IMG/VR virus record: IMGVR_UViG_3300020440_000014
Location: 1-64,000 of that record
Length of the DNA stretch: 64,000 nucleotides
Reading direction: 5' to 3' (one strand)
Source: a virus
Lineage: Duplodnaviria; Caudoviricetes
Each line of letters opens with the position of its first letter. The first letter of the stretch is position 1. Below the pieces are notes generated by a model. The model did not search any database. It saw only the letters and a program-made list of their open reading frames with translations, and had not been told where the DNA came from. Position numbers and translations under genes: made by a program. Shown piece by piece: positions 8,053-16,656 of this stretch.

Positions 8053-8624
8053 GTCACTTCTCCATATCCATATTTTGCATATATAAAATCAACACCTGCT
8101 CTGTTTGCACAATACAAATCTGATGGCATATCACCAACATATATTGCATCATGTGGGTCAACATTACAGAATGCCATAGTATATAGTAATTGGTCAGGAG
8201 CAGGTTTACCTCTTAGACCTTTTTTAGGCGCACAAACGTAATCAAATTTTGGAAATTTTTTTCCTTTTAATATCAAACTCGCAATAACTTTCTCTACTCT
8301 TACCATATCTTTAGAAGTGCAAATTGCAATTTTACTTCCTGCTTCTTTTATCTTTTCTAGTGTTTCGATTGCACCTTCGTATATCTCAACTTCGTCAATC
8401 ATCATATTTGAAGCTTCATCGTAGGTATCTTTAATTTTATGATGCGATTCAGTAATGTCCAATTCTTTCAATATATCAAAGAATGGTTTGCCAATATGTT
8501 TTTTATATTCATCAAAAGAAACTTCTATATTGTGATGAAGTTTTACAATGTTCCAAGACATCTCCATATTTTTTATTGAATCGATGAGCACTCCGTCTAA
8601 ATCGAAGATGTATAGTTTTTTCAT
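8007..8624 (-). CDS. HAD-superfamily phosphatase (Gph/PGPase-like)
   Basis: Motif I 'IFDLDGVLIDS', 'KPAPD', 'YVGDMPSD'. Confidence 0.9.
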   Translation of the reverse strand: MKKLYIFDLDGVLIDSIKNMEMSWNIVKLHHNIEVSFDEYKKHIGKPFFDILKELDITESHHKIKDTYDEASNMMIDEVEIYEGAIETLEKIKEAGSKIAICTSKDMVRVEKVIASLILKGKKFPKFDYVCAPKKGLRGKPAPDQLLYTMAFCNVDPHDAIYVGDMPSDLYCANRAGVDFIYAKYGYGEVTCEVSADQISQVISL

Positions 8625-9073
8625 TTTCTTTTAGGTAATATTTCTTCTTCAGTTAGAATTCTAAATTTCATTTTTCTATCATCACAATACTCTTTCGCCA
8701 TTTTAAACTTTTCTTGATTTATTACATAAGTATTTACAGCATTGAAATAGTATTTCGTCTTTCTTTCTGGTGTTTTAGGTGGGAATAATTGTTTCTTTGG
8801 TTTAACTTCGATGATTTCTCTAATAATTTGTTTGTCTTTGTTTATATACTTTATATAGAAATCAGGAAAGTATCTATGGACTTTTTTATCGATAGGACTT
8901 CTATAAGGTATGATAAGTTCTTCTGAACCCCATTCAAGTATTGCATCATTATTATCACACCAGACCATGAATCGTCTTTCTAGAAGAGAACGATAGAAGA
9001 TTTTTGTTGGGTCGCCTTTATATTTTTTGTAGTTCTTTGGTTTGAATCTGCCGCTATATGGTTTTTTAGACAT
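8621..9073 (-). CDS. gp4: gp4-like head completion nuclease (TnsA-like fold)
   Basis: 'YSGRFKPKNYKKYKGDPT.I.YRS', 'WGSEE..IPY.SP', 'RYFPDF', 'IEVKP', 'F.ILTE'. Confidence 0.92.
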   Translation of the reverse strand: MSKKPYSGRFKPKNYKKYKGDPTKIFYRSLLERRFMVWCDNNDAILEWGSEELIIPYRSPIDKKVHRYFPDFYIKYINKDKQIIREIIEVKPKKQLFPPKTPERKTKYYFNAVNTYVINQEKFKMAKEYCDDRKMKFRILTEEEILPKRK

Positions 9074-9078
9074 AAATA
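9071..9078 (+). promoter_or_regulatory. Late promoter variant for baseplate operon
   Basis: CATAAATA upstream of gp48. Confidence 0.5.
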
Positions 9079-9101
9079 GTATTACATAATTTGATTAAAG
9101 G

Positions 9102-9109
9102 TATTTATA
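9102..9109 (-). promoter_or_regulatory. Late promoter for gp4 operon
   Basis: Exact TATAAATA on the minus strand, about 30 nt upstream of the gp4 ATG. Confidence 0.6.
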
Positions 9110-9112
9110 CAC

Positions 9113-10282
9113 ATGGCATATATCGACAAACTCATTGGTAAATTCAATAAAGCACAAAACGCCGTAAACTCTTTAAAAGGAGTTGCAGCTAAATTACAAT
9201 CAATTAATTACAATACTGCTTTAGATGCATTAGGCGAACAAAAAGCAGAAGTATTAGAAAAGATTAAAGATAGAAGAAGTTCTTTACAAAGTAGTCTTGA
9301 TGCAAAAAACTTAACTTCAAAAAAATTGTTAAAATCAGTACCTAGTAATCGTCCTGTAGAATTAGTATATCCTTTACATGATGAATTAGCAAATTATCTA
9401 GTGTTTGATATTCGCCCTAGAAGAGATGTTGGTAATGTAGGAGGCGGAAGTGAAAATTCTTCAACTGAAGCTAATTCAATTGCACTATATGTACCAGACG
9501 GAATTGTATCAACTGCTGTAACTGAATACGAAGTAAAGAGTATGGGTGCTTTAGGTACTGCTGTAATGAATATCAAAAAGGCGATAGATTCGCCACAAAA
9601 TGATTTAGCACAAGCAATAGGCGATAATGCAGGTCAAATGATTTCAGGTATGATGTCCGAAATGACAGACGGAATAACAGGTGGTCTATCAAACTTAGCA
9701 GTAGGTCAAGCAGTTAATCCAAGAGAAGAACAAACACTTAGAGGTATACCTTTTAGAACTTGGAATTTTACATTCGATTTTTATCCTAGGTCACCAAATG
9801 AAGCAAAACTAGTAAATGAAATAATTTATACGTTTAGAAATTCTATGTTACCAAATACAACGTCAGTAAATTTTTTCAAAGGTTCAAATAAAAAAGAAGT
9901 TGGGTCAAAAGAACAAATAACACCTAACTATTTTAACTATCCAAATGTCTTTGATATTTACTTTGATGGTCCTGTAGCTGGTAAGATAGATGGTTTTCTA
10001 CCTTCTGTTTTAACATCATGTGAAGTTGACCATACAGGTGGTCAAAAATTTGCAACGTATTACGATGGTCAAATATTAAAAACATCTATGACATTAGCAT
10101 TTCAAGAAATCAGAATTCTTAGTCAAAATAATTACAATAGAATATCTGCTCTTAAACAATCAGAAAACGGATTAGTAGAAAGGTCAAACGAAGAAAGAGC
10201 TGATGCATTAGCAGATGGTGGTAATAGTATTTTTGATAGACGTTCAAGACAGAACTTTGACCAAGAAGGTGGTAATACATAA
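9113..10282 (+). CDS. gp48: gp48-like baseplate tail-tube cap
   Basis: 'NPREEQTLRGIPFRTWNFTFDFYPRSPNEA..V..II..FR', 'YFNYPNVFDI'. Confidence 0.85.
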   Translation: MAYIDKLIGKFNKAQNAVNSLKGVAAKLQSINYNTALDALGEQKAEVLEKIKDRRSSLQSSLDAKNLTSKKLLKSVPSNRPVELVYPLHDELANYLVFDIRPRRDVGNVGGGSENSSTEANSIALYVPDGIVSTAVTEYEVKSMGALGTAVMNIKKAIDSPQNDLAQAIGDNAGQMISGMMSEMTDGITGGLSNLAVGQAVNPREEQTLRGIPFRTWNFTFDFYPRSPNEAKLVNEIIYTFRNSMLPNTTSVNFFKGSNKKEVGSKEQITPNYFNYPNVFDIYFDGPVAGKIDGFLPSVLTSCEVDHTGGQKFATYYDGQILKTSMTLAFQEIRILSQNNYNRISALKQSENGLVERSNEERADALADGGNSIFDRRSRQNFDQEGGNT

Positions 10283-11016
10283 TGGCAAACGAATTCTTTA
10301 AAAACTTTCCTAAAATACAATACAAAATGGATGATGGTAAAATCATCTTCATTAAAGATTGGTTTCGTAAATCTAAGATAGAACAAGATGCAGTTAATTC
10401 TTTAGTCGAATACACACATTATGAAGTGAAAGAAGGCGATAGACCAGATGTAGTTGCAACAAAACTATATGGTAATCCAGATTTACATTGGACATTTTTT
10501 CTAGTAAATGATTTTGAAAATTATTACGACTGGTATATGGACAATGAGATATTTGCTAAGTACTTAGACAAAAAATATCACGGACAATTTTTAATCTTTT
10601 CGAGTTCATTAGATGTCATCAATAATTCAAATCCAAATAATATCACAAAATTTCTACTAGGTGAAAAAATAACAAGTGTATCAGCAGAAGGCAGAATTGT
10701 ATCAGTAGAACCAACATTCAAAAGAATTGCAGTCGACTCAACAGGATTTAAAGCAAACGAATCTATTACAGGTGCTGTAAGCACAACTCACGGTTCAAAA
10801 ACACCAATCAGTGTTGTTAACAGAGTAGATGGTATTTTTGAATATAAAAATCCTACAACAGGAATCAAACGTAATTCTGAAGCTTCAGGATTTACAAGTG
10901 TGTCTATTTTAGACCACGAAATAGAAGAGAACGAAAAAAAGAGAAAGATAAAAGTTATCAGACCTGACCTTATCAACGGAGTTGTTCGAAGATTTGAGAA
11001 GGTAATGTTGTCATGA
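10282..11016 (+). CDS. gp53: gp53-like baseplate wedge subunit
   Basis: 'FFKNFPKIQY', LysM-like 'GDRPDVVATKLYGNPDLHW', 'EIEENEKKRKIKVIRP'. Confidence 0.9.
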   Translation: MANEFFKNFPKIQYKMDDGKIIFIKDWFRKSKIEQDAVNSLVEYTHYEVKEGDRPDVVATKLYGNPDLHWTFFLVNDFENYYDWYMDNEIFAKYLDKKYHGQFLIFSSSLDVINNSNPNNITKFLLGEKITSVSAEGRIVSVEPTFKRIAVDSTGFKANESITGAVSTTHGSKTPISVVNRVDGIFEYKNPTTGIKRNSEASGFTSVSILDHEIEENEKKRKIKVIRPDLINGVVRRFEKVMLS

Positions 11017-12479
11017 GTGAAAATTTTATACCAGGTGAGGTAGTCATTGATTCTATCACACTCGTCAATCAAGAAGGAGATGTTATTGACCTCAAAAGTA
11101 TTTGTGGTCAAATAGATATTTTCGAATCTATCAATGAGGGATTTCTAACAGGCAGATTATCTATTGCAGATGGTCTTGGTATTTTTAGACGATATAAAAT
11201 TTTAGGTCAAGAACACATAACAATTCGTTATCGTGCAAAACTTCAACATGAATTTGAATCTGGTGATTTCTCAGTTGAAAAAGTTTTTAGAGTATATAAA
11301 GTTTCTAATATGAGGGCACCTGAGTTTCATACTTATGGTTATGTTCTACACATTATAGAACCAAAATATCTTACATGTATACGTAAAAGATTATCTAAAG
11401 TCATGAGAGGTTCTTATTCAGAAATACTTTTACAAACACTTCTTAAAGATGCACAATTTGAAAAACTTCCTAAAAATAATAGAATTGATTATTGGGAAGA
11501 AACATTGCCCGAGAATCAACAATTGATATGTCCTAATTGGTCTATTGCAAAGTTAATTGAATATATCGTAGAAAATGCCAATAAGGGAGAAGATGCCGTA
11601 TATAAAAATAGCATGTTCTTTTATCAGACTTTGATAGGTGGGTTTAAGTTCATGTCACTAAATCAAATGGTGAGTGGCGAAAATGACCACGTTGTTGAAT
11701 TTGATTTCTTACCGAGAAACTTTGATATTGACCAAGAGAATCGTGGTTCAAATGAACCATTAGGCGGACAATCAACTAGAATTTTACATTTCGAAATAGT
11801 ACAAAGAGGCGATACCGTAAGAGGTATATCAGCAGGCGCTTATAGTTCTATGCTAAAAACGTATGACCCAATTCGTAAATTAGAAAAAGAAATCGTATTC
11901 GATTTAGGTGAAAATTTTAAAAAGAAAGGCAAAAAACATCTATCAGGTTTTCCACTTTTAAGATTAGACGAAGACGAAGTTGTTCATATGGGTGTAGTAC
12001 CTTTAACAGATGATGAAGATTATACTTACAACGAAATAGGTGCTGAACTTGCTTTAAACAAAAGTATCGATGATAGAACTTTCTATCGTGTGAATCCTAC
12101 AAATGCATTTAGTGATAAACAAGCTCTGCAAGACACATCTCAGTATGTAGGAAATGAACAAATGGATTCAGGTATGTTAGAAAGAAATAGTATGTCAATT
12201 GCTTTATCATCACACACATACAAAGTTACAATACCTGCTAGAACAGATATGACATCAGGTATGGTCGTTAATTTAAAATTGCCTGGTGGTGTTATAGATA
12301 AAAACGATGAAGATATTTTAAACGATGATAGATATCTTATCACACATATACATCACGTCATAAATCCACAACAGGCAAGAGGCACGATGGTCATGAATGT
12401 AGTTAAAGAAAGTTTTGCAGAAGACATTCGAAAGGTCGACCCATTAAAAGATTATGAAGGATTTAAGCAAGATGACTAA
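11013..12479 (+). CDS. Baseplate hub protein (gp27-like)
   Basis: Lies between gp53 and gp5; 'IDIFESI...FLTGRLSIADG', 'MFFYQT..GFKFMSL', 'RYLITHIHH'. Confidence 0.65.
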   Translation: MSENFIPGEVVIDSITLVNQEGDVIDLKSICGQIDIFESINEGFLTGRLSIADGLGIFRRYKILGQEHITIRYRAKLQHEFESGDFSVEKVFRVYKVSNMRAPEFHTYGYVLHIIEPKYLTCIRKRLSKVMRGSYSEILLQTLLKDAQFEKLPKNNRIDYWEETLPENQQLICPNWSIAKLIEYIVENANKGEDAVYKNSMFFYQTLIGGFKFMSLNQMVSGENDHVVEFDFLPRNFDIDQENRGSNEPLGGQSTRILHFEIVQRGDTVRGISAGAYSSMLKTYDPIRKLEKEIVFDLGENFKKKGKKHLSGFPLLRLDEDEVVHMGVVPLTDDEDYTYNEIGAELALNKSIDDRTFYRVNPTNAFSDKQALQDTSQYVGNEQMDSGMLERNSMSIALSSHTYKVTIPARTDMTSGMVVNLKLPGGVIDKNDEDILNDDRYLITHIHHVINPQQARGTMVMNVVKESFAEDIRKVDPLKDYEGFKQDD

Positions 12480-13770
12480 TTGGTACTACGGCATAATTGA
12501 AGATAGAAACGACCCATTACAAATTGGTCGTGTTAGAGTTCGTGTACATGGTGTTCATACAGACAATAAACAATTCATTGCAACACCCGACTTACCATGG
12601 TCTCAAGTTTTAGTACCAACATCAAGTGCAAGTTTATCTGGATTTGGTCATAGTCATGGACTTGTTGAGGGTTCTAGTGTTTTTGGAATGTTTCGTGACG
12701 ATGATTTACAAGACTTTGTTGTCTTTGGTGGTGTTGCAGGTTATTCTCAAAAAGGATATAAAGAAACAATTACAGGTGAAATACTAGATAGGTCACCTGA
12801 TAAAGGTTTTAATGACCCAAGACGAGCAACTGAAGCTGATTATAAAGATACAGCAGATGGTTTAAATCCACCAGCAGGTAAGAGACCAAATAGTCTAGCA
12901 TTAGCATTAGATAAATCACCGCATCTTCCAGATTCACTTACTATAAATTATGACGGTTCAGGAAGTACTATTACTGAACCAACAGATAAAACTTTACCTT
13001 ATTACCCATTAGCAGATTATTATGATGAATCAGACATCAATAGATTTGCAAGAGGTCAAGGTACATATGATATCAGAGATAACTTACCAGAAAAATTCAA
13101 ACTTTCAATCGACAGAAGTGGTACAATGTATCCTTTCAATAAAGTTCATCATACCGAATCAGGTCATTTAATTGAGATGGACGATTCAGTTGGTGCAGAA
13201 AGACTTGCTGTTCAACATAGGTCTGGAACTTTCTATGAAATACATAAAGACGGTTCTGAAGTTCATCAAATAGTAAACGACCATGTCACCGTTACAGCAA
13301 AAGATGATAAAGTTTATATTGGTGGTAATGCTGATGTTGTTGTTGAGAGTGGTAATGTAACAATCAATGTTAATACTGGTAATGTTGACTTAACGGTAGC
13401 AAAAGGAAACGTTACAGAAACCATATCTGAAGGTAACGTGACATCATCAATCACAAAAGGTAATTTCACAGGAGATATAGGTGGTAATTTCAAAGGAGAC
13501 ATAGGCGGAACTACTGATATATCTTCTTCAGGTAAAGTTACATTGACAGGTAACTCTGGTACAGAAATTATATCAGACACAACCGTAACAGGAACATTAA
13601 ACGTAACAGGTGCTACGAAATTGCAATCAACTTTAAATGTATCAGGTTCTCAAACTAATAGTTCTACTATAACTGCAAGTGGTGATGTTAAAGGTGCTGG
13701 TATATCTCTTAAAACACATACACACGTTGTAGGCGGAAGTGCAGCTCCTTCAACAGGACTTCCAAAGTAA
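12454..13770 (+). CDS. gp5: gp5-like central spike (OB-fold + beta-helix, no lysozyme domain); true start may be ATG 12472
   Basis: 'GIIEDRNDPLQIGRVRVRVHG', 'LPWSQV', 'HHTESGHLIEMDDSVGAERL...HRSGT', beta-helix repeats, C-terminal 'LKTHTH'. Confidence 0.9.
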   Translation: MKDLSKMTNWYYGIIEDRNDPLQIGRVRVRVHGVHTDNKQFIATPDLPWSQVLVPTSSASLSGFGHSHGLVEGSSVFGMFRDDDLQDFVVFGGVAGYSQKGYKETITGEILDRSPDKGFNDPRRATEADYKDTADGLNPPAGKRPNSLALALDKSPHLPDSLTINYDGSGSTITEPTDKTLPYYPLADYYDESDINRFARGQGTYDIRDNLPEKFKLSIDRSGTMYPFNKVHHTESGHLIEMDDSVGAERLAVQHRSGTFYEIHKDGSEVHQIVNDHVTVTAKDDKVYIGGNADVVVESGNVTINVNTGNVDLTVAKGNVTETISEGNVTSSITKGNFTGDIGGNFKGDIGGTTDISSSGKVTLTGNSGTEIISDTTVTGTLNVTGATKLQSTLNVSGSQTNSSTITASGDVKGAGISLKTHTHVVGGSAAPSTGLPK

Positions 13771-13773
13771 TTG

Positions 13774-13781
13774 TATAAATA
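13774..13781 (+). promoter_or_regulatory. T4-type late promoter
   Basis: Exact TATAAATA just before the gp25 ATG. Confidence 0.6.
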
Positions 13782-13786
13782 GTATT

Positions 13787-14209
13787 ATGGCTGAGTATCT
13801 AAAACCAAATTCTAAAGTAAACGCAGTAAAAGATGCTTATGTAGATTTGGATTTATTAATGAAACCACATCCAGTTACTGGCGATATAACAACAAAAAAA
13901 GATTCAGATGCAGTTAAAAGGTCAGTAAGAAATATTGTACTTACAAATAAGTTTGAAAGACCATTCAAACCAAATTTTGGTGGTAGTGTAAGAGATATGT
14001 TATTTGAATTAGACTCGTCAAGAAAAAAAACAAGATTCAAAAAAGAATTGATATCTTTAATAGAATCTTTAGAACCTAGAGTTTTCAATGTTTCAGTGGA
14101 ACTAGGAGAAATGGGCGATTCAAATAGTCTAGATGTAAGAATATTCTATAGTATAACAAATGGTCTACCAAACCAAACATCAGAATTTACGGTAACAAGG
14201 GTAAGATAA
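13787..14209 (+). CDS. gp25: gp25 baseplate wedge subunit
   Basis: 'YVDLDL...PHPVTGD', 'AVKRSVRNIVLTNKFERPFKPNFG', 'LEPRV'; start moved to ATG 13787. Confidence 0.92.
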   Translation: MAEYLKPNSKVNAVKDAYVDLDLLMKPHPVTGDITTKKDSDAVKRSVRNIVLTNKFERPFKPNFGGSVRDMLFELDSSRKKTRFKKELISLIESLEPRVFNVSVELGEMGDSNSLDVRIFYSITNGLPNQTSEFTVTRVR

Positions 14210-16080
14210 TGTCAATAAAAAGTTCAAATATAAACGCAACAGATTTAGATTTCGATGCTATTGCATCAAACATAAAAACATACTTAAAAGGTCAAGATAA
14301 ATTTAAAGACTACGACTTTGAAGGTTCTACAATGTCAGTTCTCATTGATATGTTAGCGTATGCTCAACATATTGGTGGTGTAAACACTAACATAGCTGCT
14401 TCAGAATTATTTTTAGACTCAGCACAAATTAGAAAGAATGTTGTATCAAGAGCAAAAGATTTAGGTTTCATACCTGCAACAGAAAAGGCTTCAAGTGCCA
14501 CCGTATCTCTCGATTTTAACGGCGTACTAAATCCAGATGGAACAATACCAAGTGTAAACGATATGATTTTACCAAGAGGTCATAAGTTTAGTTCAGTCTT
14601 TGATGGCGTAACTTATGAATTTGTAGTTTCAAAGTCAGTTACACCAAGTGTATCAGTAAATGATTTCAATTACGAATCGGTTGAAATTGTTCAAGGAACA
14701 TATGTAACAGACTCATTTGTATTCGACTCACAAATAAAAAATGCAAAATTTGTTTTATCAAATGCTAGAGTCGATAGGTCTAAACTTTCAGTTTCAGTCA
14801 ACTCAGCTGGTGTAGACACCACTTTTGCATTATCAACAGATGTGTCTAGCATAACATCATCTTCAGAAGTTTTCTATACTCAAGAAAATGAAGAAGGTTT
14901 CTTAGAAGTATATTTTGGTGACAATGTTTTAGGTAAAGGTTTAAAAGACGGAGATGTTATCAGTGTAACTTATATCGTTGTAGATGAAGTACACGCTGAT
15001 GGTGCAAAAATATTTTCTTTATTACAATCAGTTAACGGATTTTCAAACGCAACGGTCACTACCATATCACCTGCAAATGGTGGCGCAGAAAAAGAATCAA
15101 TCGAATCAATTAAGTTTAAAGCAACAAAATTCTATACATCACAAAACAGATTAGTTACATTAAACGACTACAAAGCAAAAGTTTCAGAATACTACCCTAA
15201 CGCAGATGCAGTAGCAGTATGGGGTGGTGAAGACAATGACCCACCTGAATATGGAAAAGTTTTTGTATCGTTGAAACCTCAAAATGCTGATTATCTTTCT
15301 GAAGTGGAAAAAGCAGACGTGCAACTTAAGTTAAATCAACTTAACATGTTGACCGTAAGACCAGTCATTGTTAATCCAGAAATTATTAAAATTTTAATAT
15401 CAAGTACATTTAAATACAACGATAATGAAACTACACTATCTAAGGGTGAACTCGAAGCTGTAGTTAAAAATTCAATTATAAATTTTGACAATACAAATCT
15501 TAATAACTTTGATGCAATTTTTAGACATTCAAATCTAGTGAAAGCTATCGATGAATCAGAGAAGTCTATACTTTCAAATATTACAAATATAAGATTAGCT
15601 AAAAAGGCATCAATAACTTTAAATAAGTCTCTTGGTTTCAAAGTGAATTTAGGCAATTCTTTATATAATCCTCATGCAGGTCATAATTCAACGTCTGGTG
15701 GTATAACATCAACAACAGGTTTTTATATTTCAGGAGACTCAACAAACATACAATACTTCGATGATGACGGAAATGGTAAAATTAGAAGATACATTCTGTC
15801 AGGTGGAGTAAGGTCAATACAAGACAGCGAGGCAGGTACAATAGACTATGTCTCAGGACAGATTTCGATTAATGCCGTCAATATTACATCAACAATTAAT
15901 ACAGACACATCAATCGAATTCACCTTGATACCGAATAGTAATGATGTCATTGCAATTCGAGGTTCTTTAATTGATATTGATATCGATAGAATCAGTGTCA
16001 AAGGTGAAGAAGACACCATCGCAAGTGGTGAAAGTAGTGCTGGTGTAGGTTATTCATCTACATCATCAACTAGTTATTAA
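14209..16080 (+). CDS. gp6: gp6 baseplate wedge subunit
   Basis: 'DLDFD.I..NIK.YLK.Q..FKDYDFEGS', 'QNRLVTLNDY', 'VWGGEDNDPPEYGKVF'. Confidence 0.95.
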   Translation: MSIKSSNINATDLDFDAIASNIKTYLKGQDKFKDYDFEGSTMSVLIDMLAYAQHIGGVNTNIAASELFLDSAQIRKNVVSRAKDLGFIPATEKASSATVSLDFNGVLNPDGTIPSVNDMILPRGHKFSSVFDGVTYEFVVSKSVTPSVSVNDFNYESVEIVQGTYVTDSFVFDSQIKNAKFVLSNARVDRSKLSVSVNSAGVDTTFALSTDVSSITSSSEVFYTQENEEGFLEVYFGDNVLGKGLKDGDVISVTYIVVDEVHADGAKIFSLLQSVNGFSNATVTTISPANGGAEKESIESIKFKATKFYTSQNRLVTLNDYKAKVSEYYPNADAVAVWGGEDNDPPEYGKVFVSLKPQNADYLSEVEKADVQLKLNQLNMLTVRPVIVNPEIIKILISSTFKYNDNETTLSKGELEAVVKNSIINFDNTNLNNFDAIFRHSNLVKAIDESEKSILSNITNIRLAKKASITLNKSLGFKVNLGNSLYNPHAGHNSTSGGITSTTGFYISGDSTNIQYFDDDGNGKIRRYILSGGVRSIQDSEAGTIDYVSGQISINAVNITSTINTDTSIEFTLIPNSNDVIAIRGSLIDIDIDRISVKGEEDTIASGESSAGVGYSSTSSTSY

Positions 16081-16154
16081 TATGTATAAAGTGATTACGG
16101 AAATTACCGTAAGTAGCATCCCATTAACTTGGTTTTTATAGGAGGAAACTTAAA

Positions 16155-16643
16155 ATGGCGGATAAAAAAATAACAGCGCTAAATTTAATAGACGAGGCGC
16201 AAATTCACTCAGGAGATTTACTTCACATAGTAGATAGTCCTAGTGGCACACCAGTTAACAAAAAGTTAACTTTAGAAAGATTGTTTAACAATATACCATC
16301 TTTTATAGCATTAGATGATATCGAGTCTTTAGACGAGTCATCAGCTGTATCATCTGGTATATCTGCTGGAGAAGCTGTAACATTTTTAGATTTTACAGGT
16401 GAATCTGGTGGTGTAGACTTAGCCGTTGCTCTCGGAGCACCGACTCATGCAGGACAGGTTAAAATAATTGTTCGTAAAAAAGATGATGTAGCAATCAATG
16501 CTGACATTGATGTACCATCATCAAATTGGGTAACAGGAACATCATCTGATTCATTAGTAATGCCATCAAACTCAGCAGTGATATTGATAGCAATTGCTTC
16601 AGTTTGGTATCCTGTATCAAACATTGGTGCAACGGTTAATTAA
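16155..16643 (+). CDS. Probable virion structural protein
   Basis: '[22 protein letters not shown]' fibre-type N-terminus; strong GGAGG SD. Confidence 0.6.
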   Translation: MADKKITALNLIDEAQIHSGDLLHIVDSPSGTPVNKKLTLERLFNNIPSFIALDDIESLDESSAVSSGISAGEAVTFLDFTGESGGVDLAVALGAPTHAGQVKIIVRKKDDVAINADIDVPSSNWVTGTSSDSLVMPSNSAVILIAIASVWYPVSNIGATVN

Positions 16644-16656
16644 TAAGTAGTAATTT

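Noticed and set aside
8621-9073. TnsA-like nuclease as a transposon or homing endonuclease
   Set aside because: Matches core gp4 head-completion protein; no terminal repeats or transposase partners
13739-13786. N-terminal extension of gp25 in the ORF track (similarly 55902-55937)
   Set aside because: Overlaps the upstream gene and lies before the late promoter; downstream ATGs (13787, 55938) fit better
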